In this document: positions 46,974-56,820 of the stretch, one piece after another | Layout: the number at the start of each line of letters is the position of its first letter | Numbering within the stretch: the first letter of the stretch is position 1 | Virus record (IMG/VR): IMGVR_UViG_3300025110_000007 | Coordinates: 26,221 to 90,220 of that record | Strand: one strand, 5' to 3' | Length of the DNA: 64,000 bases | Origin: a virus | Position numbers and translations under genes: made by a program | The notes under the pieces: model-generated | The model's input: only the letters and a program-made list of their open reading frames with translations | Databases searched by the model: none | What the model was told of the DNA's origin: nothing

Positions 46974-48479
46974 CTACGCAACAAAAATGTCATCTCCACC
47001 AAAAGTCGGGTTCGGCATGCTCGGGGCTCCGAGCATCCAAGAATCAAATCCGGGCATGTCGTCTTCCTCAAGCAACACAATGTTGCCACGGAATTCTTTG
47101 GTACCCCAGTTAGCAAGAGCGAGGCCCATAGCCAAGTCATCGTGAGAACCGACCGATTCTAATCGACCGGCATTGGTCATACCAAATCGACTGAGTTGGG
47201 TTTCTAACATACGGGTATGCTCCCTGCTCTTCTCGTCGCCCCAAGGTGTTTTGATTTGCCCTTGTTCAAGAGCAAGAAGCAACGACATGAACATGCTTTC
47301 CTTGCGCTGACGAGTGGTCATGAAGGTTTTGATTGGAATATCATCACGCATGTCTTTGAGTTCAGCCTCAAACATACGCTGGAAGTTGTTGCCTTCAAGT
47401 TCGATGAGGTCTGGTTGGAACCTGTTGTTGAGAAGGAGCATGCGCTTTTTCTGTGCCATACCTCCGAGTCCCTTTTCGTTGACCACATGCACGATTTGCT
47501 TGGTGTTGTCACCGGGGACGACACGCAGAACAACCATAGCGGTGTAGTCAGCGTTCTTGTCGGAAGCAATTGCAGGGTCCCAGCCAATGAAATGCTGACC
47601 GAAGATACCAGTGGACTCGCCGTTTTCATCGTACTCGTGCTCGGCATAGTCGAGCAGGGACAGGTTTTCGTCACGAGCGGACTCAAGCAACGACATTGGG
47701 AACATACTGGATGTATCGTGGATAGGTTCGCAGAGATACTCACGAGCGAACCTGATAGCAGGCATTGAGTTCTCACGCATCTTAAGTGCGTCTAAATCCC
47801 AACGCTCAGGCCAAAGGGCTTCGCCTTTGTCGTTGATAGCGGGGTATGTTTCGACTTGGAAGGTTTCTTTCTGTTCCAGTTCAGAGTACAGGTCATCGTA
47901 CGAAAACGGTGTACCGACCATCATCATGCGACCAGTGTGGTGCAGAACAGGGAGCAGGACAGTATAGAACCAGTCAGCGGCACGCTGGAGTTCGCCTGCG
48001 GTCGTACCCCAGAGAATATCGTCACAGACAACCACATCAGGGTGGAAACCACGAGTAGCACCACCAACGGACTTTGCCATCATACGGCTACCGTTGGTGA
48101 ACTCAAAGTAAGATTTAGCCCAAGGCTTGCCAGTAGGCTTGAGATGCTTGAGGATTTCAGTGCCCTCGATGTTGCCTCTAATGAAACGCATGTGTTCCAG
48201 CGTCTGTTCAAGAGAGTGTGAGAAAATCATGATGTGTGTCTTAGGTTGGAATGCGGCAATCCAAAGCGCATAGGACATGAAGAACACAGACTTGCCGTGG
48301 TCACGGGACGCTTTGACACAGTAGTACTTGTTGCCATTCAGTCCCTGTTCCCATGATTGGTGATGGTGGGAATAGTCGAAGCCGAGCATTTCTGTAAAGA
48401 AGTACTTGAACGACTTGGCTGACATCTCCCTGTCGATTTGAAGGACAAGGTCTTGCACGGCTCCCGGTTCGTCAGACAT
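46974..48479 (-). CDS. terL: Terminase large subunit
   Basis: Walker A ASRDHGKS, Walker B VVVCDD, GTP coupling motif, RNase H 'IGWDPA..DYTA' and 'HDDLAMGLALA'. Confidence 0.95.
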   Translation of the reverse strand: MSDEPGAVQDLVLQIDREMSAKSFKYFFTEMLGFDYSHHHQSWEQGLNGNKYYCVKASRDHGKSVFFMSYALWIAAFQPKTHIMIFSHSLEQTLEHMRFIRGNIEGTEILKHLKPTGKPWAKSYFEFTNGSRMMAKSVGGATRGFHPDVVVCDDILWGTTAGELQRAADWFYTVLLPVLHHTGRMMMVGTPFSYDDLYSELEQKETFQVETYPAINDKGEALWPERWDLDALKMRENSMPAIRFAREYLCEPIHDTSSMFPMSLLESARDENLSLLDYAEHEYDENGESTGIFGQHFIGWDPAIASDKNADYTAMVVLRVVPGDNTKQIVHVVNEKGLGGMAQKKRMLLLNNRFQPDLIELEGNNFQRMFEAELKDMRDDIPIKTFMTTRQRKESMFMSLLLALEQGQIKTPWGDEKSREHTRMLETQLSRFGMTNAGRLESVGSHDDLAMGLALANWGTKEFRGNIVLLEEDDMPGFDSWMLGAPSMPNPTFGGDDIFVA

Positions 48480-48483
48480 GGTA

Positions 48484-49434
48484 TCACGACCCTTGAACTT
48501 CGCTTTGATTCATAATTTGATTGAGTTGTCCCGCCGTTTCTTGACCTTGGTTCATCGTAGCAAATAATTCCTTGACATTCTCAGGTTGAACCTGAGTCCC
48601 TCCGTCTTGATGGATGCCCATTTCATGGTCAGATACACCTTGGTGTAGGAGAGGTTGGTCGCCTTGAGTAATTTGCTTATTAGTCTCAGGACTCAATGGT
48701 GCTACTGACCCCATCGAGCCGAGTGTTGGTGATTTATTAGGGCCGAGAGCATTGAATCCGCTGGCGGCGTTGACCTTTGCTGATGCACCGGGGGCTTGGA
48801 TAAATTCGCCCAACTGAGCGGACATTTCGGGGTTGCCTTGAAGTTGTTCCACAAGAGCAGGATGTGTCCTTGCAAGTTGCAACCCGAGTTTCTGTGCTTC
48901 CTTAGCCTCTAATTCCGCTTGTGCCTGTGCTTGTAAATCTGCTCTTTCACGGTCGGCCATGAATTTTGCTCTTTTACTGGGGCGGAAGCCCCCAAAGTTA
49001 GGATTTTCCCCTGCACCGTACAAGCCACTTTCGTCACTAAACATGACAGGACTGTAAGAACCTCCTGCTTCGACCCTGCCCATTCTCTTTTGTCGCTGTG
49101 CGGCGAGTTGGGCATTCTCTTGTTTTTCACCCTCATCGAGTTTGGCACGGGCTCTGCGTGTGCGACTAACTGTCGAGCCAGCAAGTCCTCGCCCAGCGGC
49201 ACTACCTTGCATTCCGCCAGCGTACATTGAACCCGCAAGTCCACCAAGTGAACGGTGAGAGCCTGTCAATGCTCCGAGTACGCCAACTGCGCCACCCAAT
49301 TTACCGCCTACATACTCTCGCTTTGTAGGCCCACGATTCTCACCGCTTTGTTTTCCGCCGACATCCATTACATAGGACATGTTGCCTTTGGTGTCCATCT
49401 GCATTGCCTTACGCACTCCGATTTTCTTACTCAT
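48484..49434 (-). CDS. Gly-zipper/Gln-rich protein, putative DNA-ejection/pilot protein
   Basis: Start MSKKIGVRKA (ATGA overlap); GxxxG-rich hydrophobic stretch, then a Q-rich tail. Confidence 0.6.
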   Translation of the reverse strand: MSKKIGVRKAMQMDTKGNMSYVMDVGGKQSGENRGPTKREYVGGKLGGAVGVLGALTGSHRSLGGLAGSMYAGGMQGSAAGRGLAGSTVSRTRRARAKLDEGEKQENAQLAAQRQKRMGRVEAGGSYSPVMFSDESGLYGAGENPNFGGFRPSKRAKFMADRERADLQAQAQAELEAKEAQKLGLQLARTHPALVEQLQGNPEMSAQLGEFIQAPGASAKVNAASGFNALGPNKSPTLGSMGSVAPLSPETNKQITQGDQPLLHQGVSDHEMGIHQDGGTQVQPENVKELFATMNQGQETAGQLNQIMNQSEVQGS

Positions 49435-51527
49435 GCGTCCACGCTCCCGAATGTTGCCTTGATGACTTTGACTGTGCTGAGGTCGACTGACCAATCTTTG
49501 GCCACCCGCTCCCAGTCGCCTTGTGAGTGGTAAATGCCGTGAATGTCCATGTTAGCAAGGCTGAGTTGCTTAGCAATGACACCGACATGCGTTGAGTTGG
49601 AAAGAGAATAGGATTGGCTGGGCGTAATGGATTTGACAAAGGTGTCATTGACTGCGTCGTGCATCTGCACACGCTCCATGGTTTTGAGGAGGTCGCTGAC
49701 ATGTCGGTCGTTAGAAGTGGCAAACAAATTATCTTGTGCTTCTTTTAACCCTTGTTCATAGGAGTCTTGTTGTATCGACTGGTCAGGTCTATTCATAGCC
49801 TGTTGAAGTTGTGCATCAGCGGCCGCATGTGCGGCATCTGCCGTTTCTGATATTCTTGCACCTTTGGTGTGAATAAGTCCTCCCCAACCTTCACTCGGAA
49901 GGGAATGCTTAGCGTGGTCTGGGTGATTTCTGTGAGGTTCGACAAACATTTCTCCGGTTTCTCTGTGTTCTTCACCCGCATGTCCTTCTGTTTGTCTAAG
50001 TGCGTCTGCCAAATGCCGAACCTCTTCTTCGTGCTCGGGTGTAATTATGTGCTTGTGAGTCCCCCTGCCTCCACCGTACTGCCAGTCACTTTCTCTAAGT
50101 TCAGCAAAAGCCTGTTCGTTTGCTTCGTCTTTTGGAACTCCTTCTCTGACCTTGTTGAAAGCCATCATAAGAGGTATTGCCATAAGATGCCTTGCATGCG
50201 TCAAACGACCCTTTGTGGTCTTGCCACGAGTGCTGACCTGATTAAGCAGTTTTTTGTATTCATCACTTTCTGTATCAACGCCATGATGTGCGCCCAATGA
50301 TTGCATAGCCCTATGAAAGGGTCCATTGGAAACCCGGCCAATACTCATCAATCCATTCATGTAAATAGTGTGAGCCAGATTATCGAGGTTGTAAGGTTGA
50401 CCGTCTGGGAATTTTTCAGTGGGCTTTCCTACTGGTCTTATGCCCTTTGCTTTGAGTTCTCTTGCAAGATTTGCAGGCTTATTAGTGCCACCACCGGGGG
50501 TTGTATTGTAAGCGAACATACCCTGTGGCAACCAAGGCAAAGCATCCAACGGGTGGAAATTTTCGATAACGCCTGATTGTACTGAACCATCAACCATTTC
50601 ATGAGGAAGATGACCACTACCTTCAACGAATTCTTGGCCTTTACGCCTATTCATGGTTCGGATTTTCTGAAAAGTCATTATTTCCAAAGGAACCTTGATT
50701 GAGTTCATGTAAGACAATTTTCTGATGTCTGGTATGATGCTGGGGTCAACCGGCGGGGAACCAAAGAGTCCATCTCTTTCGATAGTGGCGTTGAAAAGTT
50801 CAGCCTGTCCTCTCGACTCTTCCCACATGTGATGCAGACCTGCATCAATCCAAGCACCTTTGTCCGAATGTTCCATGTCAACATTTCCTTGATTCAGTGA
50901 ATAGTTCAACAAAGGCAAAGTGCCATCTTCAAGCGGAGTTGCGCCACGAACCTGCCGCTCGTGTGCCTGCGAAACCTTGTCGTGGGGACCTATGTGGTTT
51001 CTTCGCCATTCTGCACTATTGATGTCAGGCAAATTAGTTCCGTATTTTTTGTTGTGTTTTCTAATTGCGTTAGAAAATATATTTTCGGCCACTAACATAC
51101 CCAGTTGTTTAGGATTCTTTCCTGCCAAACGCATATTCATTGACTTAAACATGTCACCATACTGGTTCCCCAAGTGACCAATCATCGCATCAAGAGGATG
51201 GGCCGTTTCTGGCCTACCCTGTGCTCGGCCTTTGTCCACATGCTCGCTAAGTTGACCTGTTTCAAAATCGTACCCAAACGGAGGATGATGGACATGGTTG
51301 CTACCGCTTTCATCTGCGTCGAACTGGTTATACCAACCGTGCAGAGGATGGGCAGGGTCTTGCGCTCCCGGCGGATTGTGCAAAAGGTCAGCAGGTCCCC
51401 AGTGACGGACAGGTGCATTTTTGTGATAGAGCCCAAACGACTTGCGAATAGGAGTAGGTTGATTGGTACTAAAACCAGCCCTGCGCTGACTCAGTTGCTC
51501 AGAAGAGTAGTGAATCTTGAACATCAA
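49431..51527 (-). CDS. His-rich hypothetical protein, putative internal virion protein
   Basis: 698-aa ORF coupled to both neighbours; PIRKSF and DLLKTM sites. Confidence 0.7.
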   Translation of the reverse strand: MMFKIHYSSEQLSQRRAGFSTNQPTPIRKSFGLYHKNAPVRHWGPADLLHNPPGAQDPAHPLHGWYNQFDADESGSNHVHHPPFGYDFETGQLSEHVDKGRAQGRPETAHPLDAMIGHLGNQYGDMFKSMNMRLAGKNPKQLGMLVAENIFSNAIRKHNKKYGTNLPDINSAEWRRNHIGPHDKVSQAHERQVRGATPLEDGTLPLLNYSLNQGNVDMEHSDKGAWIDAGLHHMWEESRGQAELFNATIERDGLFGSPPVDPSIIPDIRKLSYMNSIKVPLEIMTFQKIRTMNRRKGQEFVEGSGHLPHEMVDGSVQSGVIENFHPLDALPWLPQGMFAYNTTPGGGTNKPANLARELKAKGIRPVGKPTEKFPDGQPYNLDNLAHTIYMNGLMSIGRVSNGPFHRAMQSLGAHHGVDTESDEYKKLLNQVSTRGKTTKGRLTHARHLMAIPLMMAFNKVREGVPKDEANEQAFAELRESDWQYGGGRGTHKHIITPEHEEEVRHLADALRQTEGHAGEEHRETGEMFVEPHRNHPDHAKHSLPSEGWGGLIHTKGARISETADAAHAAADAQLQQAMNRPDQSIQQDSYEQGLKEAQDNLFATSNDRHVSDLLKTMERVQMHDAVNDTFVKSITPSQSYSLSNSTHVGVIAKQLSLANMDIHGIYHSQGDWERVAKDWSVDLSTVKVIKATFGSVDA

Positions 51528-52957
51528 GCGGTCCTCCCGCTACCTCGACTAACGAAAATATGACCGGACGCACCAGAGGACCTCATTTCATCGGCCTCTT
51601 TGTTGTCTGTGCCACCTTGTGGCTGAGTGGTTTCTCCGTCACGGTGACCCGCTTCGCCTTCCTTGGAACTGCCTTTGCCTGACGGTGGGGCTTTGTTTGT
51701 GCTGTCCTTGTTCTTGATAGCCCGCTTGAGGTCACGCAGAAGGTTGCGCAACTGGCTGATGTGCAGATAGTTCTCTGCGGACTTGAGGAGCATCCCCATG
51801 TCTTTGAGTTCAGACTTGGACAGTTCTCCTGCAAGTCGTGGCATTTTTCCTGCTCCCATAGGACCGGGAGCGACGGGTGTGCGCTGTTCGATGTTGTGAG
51901 TCTGATAGGGCATTGAGATGTTGCCTACATTTCTGCGAGCGGCACGCTGACCGAGGTTTTGTCGGTATTTACCGGGGAACAACTTGGATGGCTGTTTGGT
52001 TTTGTCACCCAAGTGAGACATTTCGACAGCCAATTCAGATTCAGTCAGGCCACCATGTTCAGTTCTTGGGCTCAAAGTGCGGGACTGTCGCTTGCTTCGC
52101 ATAGATGTAGCAAGGTCAGGTCGACGGCCGCCGGGTGGTCCTTGGAACACCGGGTTGTCGATGTCTTGTTGATTTCTTTTGAGCAACTGGTGAGCGATGT
52201 CGAGCGGCTCACTGCGAGTAAATCCTGTTGCAGGATTGAAAGGAATGCCTTGATTGGTGTAGGCAAAATCATCATCAAACGCCAAACCAACATCTCCTGC
52301 ACCGACAGTGCCTATGCCCTTACCAGTCACCACATTTGATTGGCGTTCATTTTGTCCGGGGTGAATCCTTTCGTCGATGTGCTTTCCTGTTCCCCCGCAA
52401 TGGTAGCAACTAACGGTTTGCGGAACTGTGATTGGTTCACCTGTCACTGGATGATATGTGTGTTGCATGCGTTCAATCATACCTTGCCCATTGCAAACAT
52501 CACAAATTTGGTCCTGCTTCAACAAACGGAACGCTAAGTCCATCGGCTCACCTGTGGCCAATGTATTCTGACCAAACGGTGACATGGCTTGAGCGCCAAC
52601 ACTGAAACCAACATCGGGGCTACCAGTTCCCACGGAACCGGTGATGTCACTAAGTTCCGCTTGATTCGCCATAGGCGTTTCTTCCATACCCTCCTCTTCC
52701 ATTTCTTCTGGTACAGGCATGTCTGGAGGCATTTCAGGTTCAGGTTCTTCAACGCTGACTTTGAGATGGGGATTGTCGCTGACTTTTGTTTCAGCATCCT
52801 TTTCTTGCATGCGCTTGTCTTTGAGTTCATCCACCTTCTCAGGAGAACCCTTGCCGTGCTTGTACGAATCTTCGTCATCAGCAGTGTACAGGTGGTCAGA
52901 CTCGGAGCGAGGAGAGTACATACGGGTGTCAGTTCCCGTTCCCATTCCTGCTGGCAT
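51524..52957 (-). CDS. Modular protein with two internal tags and a DnaJ-type Zn finger
   Basis: TGEPMDLAFRLLKQ followed by CDVCNGQG..CYHCGGTG; then SEPLDIAHQLLKR; also GMLLKSA. Confidence 0.75.
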   Translation of the reverse strand: MPAGMGTGTDTRMYSPRSESDHLYTADDEDSYKHGKGSPEKVDELKDKRMQEKDAETKVSDNPHLKVSVEEPEPEMPPDMPVPEEMEEEGMEETPMANQAELSDITGSVGTGSPDVGFSVGAQAMSPFGQNTLATGEPMDLAFRLLKQDQICDVCNGQGMIERMQHTYHPVTGEPITVPQTVSCYHCGGTGKHIDERIHPGQNERQSNVVTGKGIGTVGAGDVGLAFDDDFAYTNQGIPFNPATGFTRSEPLDIAHQLLKRNQQDIDNPVFQGPPGGRRPDLATSMRSKRQSRTLSPRTEHGGLTESELAVEMSHLGDKTKQPSKLFPGKYRQNLGQRAARRNVGNISMPYQTHNIEQRTPVAPGPMGAGKMPRLAGELSKSELKDMGMLLKSAENYLHISQLRNLLRDLKRAIKNKDSTNKAPPSGKGSSKEGEAGHRDGETTQPQGGTDNKEADEMRSSGASGHIFVSRGSGRTA

Positions 52958-52959
52958 GC

Positions 52960-53670
52960 TTAATCCTCCTGTGGTACAATGTCAGTCAAGTCGACATCCT
53001 CTTGGTTGAGGAGTGCGTTCTTGACTCGCATCCATGTTTCTGGACTTTCCTTAGCCATTTCAACTTTGAGGATGTTAATGGTGTTTGCGACCATTTTATC
53101 CTCGGGTTGAGTCCACTGGTTCTGGAAAGTGGTGAGGTCTTTGATTGATTCTCGGATTTCTTTACTGAGGCGCACCATGTCAGACACAGCACCGTCGTCG
53201 TGAATGCTCACTTCGTCCATGTACCTGCCCAATTTTTCATTGAGTCGCTCAGTATTGTGGCGCAGAACATTGACCTCTTCGCCCACCTTGATACTAACAA
53301 TAGCGGAAGCCCCTCGCTGTACGATTGGAGTGAAGTGTTCCTTCATGTGCTTGTACACAAGAGATTCAGAACAACCAATTTCCTCTGCGATTTCCTGAGT
53401 GGTCATACCCTCATCGAAATATGCCACTTCGTAAAGCGAACGGGAGTCATCTGTGCAGACAGCACATCTATGATTAGAGCCTTCAAGATTCTCACCTGCG
53501 TGATTGCGCATGTGTCGCTCAGAAGTGTTGGTTCTCCAGCCCTTATCACGGTCGAGAACACGCATATCGACAGTGCCTTGAGCAATCTGCAACTCAAGTT
53601 CGTCACGATTTTCATCCTGACAGAAAGAGCATGACATCTTCGTCTGCCGACCTGCCATAATGTTGGCCAT
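52960..53670 (-). CDS. Terminase small subunit candidate (tandem CxxC-HTH-HxxxH units plus coiled coil)
   Basis: CSFC..RHMRNH and CAVC..TQEIAEEIGCSESLVYKHMKEH, upstream of terL. Confidence 0.5.
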   Translation of the reverse strand: MANIMAGRQTKMSCSFCQDENRDELELQIAQGTVDMRVLDRDKGWRTNTSERHMRNHAGENLEGSNHRCAVCTDDSRSLYEVAYFDEGMTTQEIAEEIGCSESLVYKHMKEHFTPIVQRGASAIVSIKVGEEVNVLRHNTERLNEKLGRYMDEVSIHDDGAVSDMVRLSKEIRESIKDLTTFQNQWTQPEDKMVANTINILKVEMAKESPETWMRVKNALLNQEDVDLTDIVPQED

Positions 53671-53717
53671 GCCACACCATGCGATAAGGCTTTAGGACAT
53701 TGCACAGAGGATTGGCC

Positions 53718-53996
53718 ATGGGCAGAATCAAAAAGATACCCATCAAAGTGGCCGGAATCCCTGTTTCTAAAGACACGGCAGTGTCGTTAGCCAAAGCCAC
53801 CAGAGATGTGGTGCTGAGGCGCAATGTGCCAGAAGAAACAATGCAGAAAAGAATGGCTACCTGTCAAGAATGCCCAAGTTGGACAGGGTACCGTTGCTCT
53901 GAGTGTGGCTGTGTCATGAAGACAAAGGCAAAATTGGCATCATCAACATGCCCCTTGGGCAAATGGGACAATTACATTCCTGATATTCGGGAGTAA
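53718..53996 (+). CDS. Cys-rich protein (DUF6171-like)
   Basis: RMATCQECP..RCSECGC..KAKLASSTCPLGKW. Confidence 0.7.
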   Translation: MGRIKKIPIKVAGIPVSKDTAVSLAKATRDVVLRRNVPEETMQKRMATCQECPSWTGYRCSECGCVMKTKAKLASSTCPLGKWDNYIPDIRE

Positions 53997-54223
53997 ATGC
54001 CACCTGCCATGAGGACAGATACCATAAGTCCTGCCATCATGTAGGCAATGGTGTCAGAAGAAAGCGTCTGGCTTCCTGTAATGAGCACAAGACAGAGCGT
54101 CACCATGATGGCAAGGATTTGAACCATGACCATGTCAACAATGACTGTTTTCTTGGGTGCATAGATGTCACGAGTCGTCATTGCGATTGCATTTGAAAAG
54201 TAAAATTGTGGTGATGGATTCAT
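53972..54223 (-). CDS. Two-TM membrane protein (holin-like size)
   Basis: Two hydrophobic helices; likely start MNPSPQ after GGAGGT. Confidence 0.65.
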   Translation of the reverse strand: MNPSPQFYFSNAIAMTTRDIYAPKKTVIVDMVMVQILAIMVTLCLVLITGSQTLSSDTIAYMMAGLMVSVLMAGGIYSRISGM

Positions 54224-54224
54224 A

Positions 54225-54848
54225 TCAGCGACCTCCAATGAAACTACGAGCGAAGTTGCCCGTAGTGGAGCCTACTTTTTGCATGAATCCTTCATCAGCC
54301 ATAGCGGCGGCAAGAGCGCCGCCCATCATTGACTGCTGGGCCATGGCAAGAATCTGCTGTTGTTGCATTTCTGCCTGCTGAATGTTCTGTTGACTCTGCG
54401 ATTGAAGAGTAGTGAACTGCCCTGTGATGTTCTCTGCACTCATTGTTTGCAAGTTGCTGGGCAGGGAGGTAATGTCGAGACTCATTTTTCCAGAATCTTC
54501 GTCGACAGTGAAGGACGCATTCTTGAGTATCTCCAAAACAGAGAAACTCACAATGTCATTAAGCATCTGTATGAGGGTTGCCATCTGTGGACCAGCGACA
54601 AATCGGTCCATAGGTGCAATTGAACGCATCAAAGCGAGTTGAATTTCTGCCTCAGATGGGGGTGTGATAGGCTGTTGCATCATCTGCGGGTTAATTCCTG
54701 CGCCCTGCATGAACGAAGCACCCATTCCTCCCTGTGCAAAAGCAGTATTCTGTTGCTGTTGAGCAAAGCCATAGGGTTGAGGGCTCGTGTTTTGGGCTAC
54801 GCCAAGGTTAAGCGCACCTGTGTTTTGTTGATTATTGCCAAATAACAT
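54225..54848 (-). CDS. Gln/Met-rich hypothetical protein
   Basis: AGGTGA SD; operon-coupled. Confidence 0.7.
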   Translation of the reverse strand: MLFGNNQQNTGALNLGVAQNTSPQPYGFAQQQQNTAFAQGGMGASFMQGAGINPQMMQQPITPPSEAEIQLALMRSIAPMDRFVAGPQMATLIQMLNDIVSFSVLEILKNASFTVDEDSGKMSLDITSLPSNLQTMSAENITGQFTTLQSQSQQNIQQAEMQQQQILAMAQQSMMGGALAAAMADEGFMQKVGSTTGNFARSFIGGR

Positions 54849-54856
54849 GGTATCAC

Positions 54857-55849
54857 CTATTGTAGAGGAAGCCCCTGTGCAGTCTGAGGTACCATCTGCT
54901 CTTCAACCTGTTGGCTTACCAAGGGCTCTGCTTGTTTTATGCCCATCTGCCCAACAGCATCGAGAATTGAAGGTGTGTAATCAGGGGCCTGTTGCCCTAA
55001 TTCCTGCTGAAATATGCGTAAATCAAAGACAACCATGGTCACATCATTCATTTTCGATACCGGATTCTGGTAATGGAGGATGGAAATACCCTGTGTTTTC
55101 TTAGAATCACGCTCTAATTCAGCGAAAAAGGGCTCATATTTGGTCAAAAATTGGGGTGTATTGTCCTTCTTTTTGACCATTGAAATGGGTACTGCGACTG
55201 TACTAACGCCTTTTTTGACCATTTCCTTCATACCTGCTTTGGAAGTAAGGCGTACTTTGTCATCTTCGTCCTCCCATTTGCACAAAAGGTGGTACAAATG
55301 AAGATGTTCTGGGCAATATGTCCCTCTCATTTGGCGTCCGTCTGTGATATTTTCACGAGCGATGAACGCTTGTACCTCACCAGTGACGGGATTGGTCCAG
55401 TATTGGTCCCAAAGACTCTCGCCTGTTTCCTCATCACAGATTTTAGCGTACAGATTGTCGTATTTGATGAGGGACACGCAGTCACAGCCATCAACAACGC
55501 ACCGTTCGTGTAATTTGTTGTATCGATATTTCATACCTACCCACCTGAGAGGATTGAAAACGCTACGCTTACTGGGTTTCAGCAATTTACGAGCCTGTTT
55601 TATGTCTTTTTTACGGGCCTTTCTTGGGTCAGGGTGGCGACTGGGGTAAAAATTGACCTTGGGGACCTCGATGTTATTCTTCACGGCTACCTCTTTCATA
55701 CCTTGCTGGGCACCTTGCATCTCCAAAAGTTGTTCGTGGGTCAAGTTGCCCTGCTTTGAAAGCGCCATCATCTGAGTTTCGGTTAGCGTGTGTAGCCCAC
55801 CGTTGCCTTGCTGAGGCACCATTCCATATCCAAATCGTCTATTTTGCAT
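54857..55849 (-). CDS. Hypothetical protein with Cys/His cluster
   Basis: CVVDGCDC...YCPEH, a possible Zn site. Confidence 0.7.
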   Translation of the reverse strand: MQNRRFGYGMVPQQGNGGLHTLTETQMMALSKQGNLTHEQLLEMQGAQQGMKEVAVKNNIEVPKVNFYPSRHPDPRKARKKDIKQARKLLKPSKRSVFNPLRWVGMKYRYNKLHERCVVDGCDCVSLIKYDNLYAKICDEETGESLWDQYWTNPVTGEVQAFIARENITDGRQMRGTYCPEHLHLYHLLCKWEDEDDKVRLTSKAGMKEMVKKGVSTVAVPISMVKKKDNTPQFLTKYEPFFAELERDSKKTQGISILHYQNPVSKMNDVTMVVFDLRIFQQELGQQAPDYTPSILDAVGQMGIKQAEPLVSQQVEEQMVPQTAQGLPLQ

Positions 55850-55861
55850 GTTTCTTACTCC

Positions 55862-56578
55862 TTAACTCGACAACAGGTCCACCATGGTGTTTTCAACATT
55901 CCAGCCGATGCGAGTGGCCATCATGCCACGCCTTGTAGGTATGCCTGCTTTCTGCAACCGTATCAAATCTTCTCTGAACGGGTCGAAAATTTTGTGTTCA
56001 CCAAGTCGTTGTTGTTGCCAAAGCGTATTTGCTTGCTCGTCCCACCATGTATCGGCTTTGTTAGCAACAAGTAAAATGACTTTGGGACAGTATTTTTTAC
56101 CTTTGAGGCGGCTTCTTAGGTTGCGATAGCGGTATTGACGATAAATGAGTGCATCGACAAGATACTTGAATCCACCAACAGCCTCGATTGTTGTTTGCCC
56201 ACCGGCTGACGCCCTGTCATCGAACATGAAAACAACTGCTTCCACCTGCCTGTTGACCATATCATCCATCCACAGGTTCCAAAAACGCTCTTCGCCTGCC
56301 ACATCCGAAGAGTGAACTACACGGGTTTCTCCTTTCCACCTGACTCGCTTACGGCTGGGGGAAGGTAAGAGAAAACGACCAAGAATTTTTTTGTGAGTTG
56401 TGCGTTCTTCAACCGGTATGTGTTCCATCTCACCCGGAGTAGTCAAAAAACGGTCGAGCGTTGTCTTACCAACCATTGAAGGACCATACACTCCAACCTT
56501 TCTTGGAATCCAATAGTGGTACAATTCCTTAGCAAAGACAACACCACCGACCAAAGCCGAGCCTGCCGCCGCACTCAT
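55862..56578 (-). CDS. Ras/Arf/Rab-like small GTPase with N-terminal hydrophobic helix
   Basis: G1 GPSMVGKT, G2 Thr (RTT), G3 DVAGEERFWNLW, G4 NKAD, G5-like MAT. Confidence 0.88.
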   Translation of the reverse strand: MSAAAGSALVGGVVFAKELYHYWIPRKVGVYGPSMVGKTTLDRFLTTPGEMEHIPVEERTTHKKILGRFLLPSPSRKRVRWKGETRVVHSSDVAGEERFWNLWMDDMVNRQVEAVVFMFDDRASAGGQTTIEAVGGFKYLVDALIYRQYRYRNLRSRLKGKKYCPKVILLVANKADTWWDEQANTLWQQQRLGEHKIFDPFREDLIRLQKAGIPTRRGMMATRIGWNVENTMVDLLSS

Positions 56579-56820
56579 TCAAACCAACCCATAACTTTGA
56601 GGCGGGCCCAGTCCACTGTGTTTTCCCAAAGGCTGTATTCGCCATGGTACTCCAGTGCACTGATGACAAGAACACTAATGGCTGACATTAGGATGGCTTT
56701 GACCCATCCCCATGTACGCTCGTATGCATTATCCAATGTGTTTGCCACATGAATAGCACGAAGGGTTGACTCCGTTGCATCATCGCTTGGTGTTTTGAAC
56801 AGCCAGCCCACAGGCTTCAC
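56575..56820 (-). CDS. Single-TM membrane protein
   Basis: WGWVKAILMSAISVLVISAL; overlaps both neighbours by 4 nt. Confidence 0.65.
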   Translation of the reverse strand: MKPVGWLFKTPSDDATESTLRAIHVANTLDNAYERTWGWVKAILMSAISVLVISALEYHGEYSLWENTVDWARLKVMGWFE

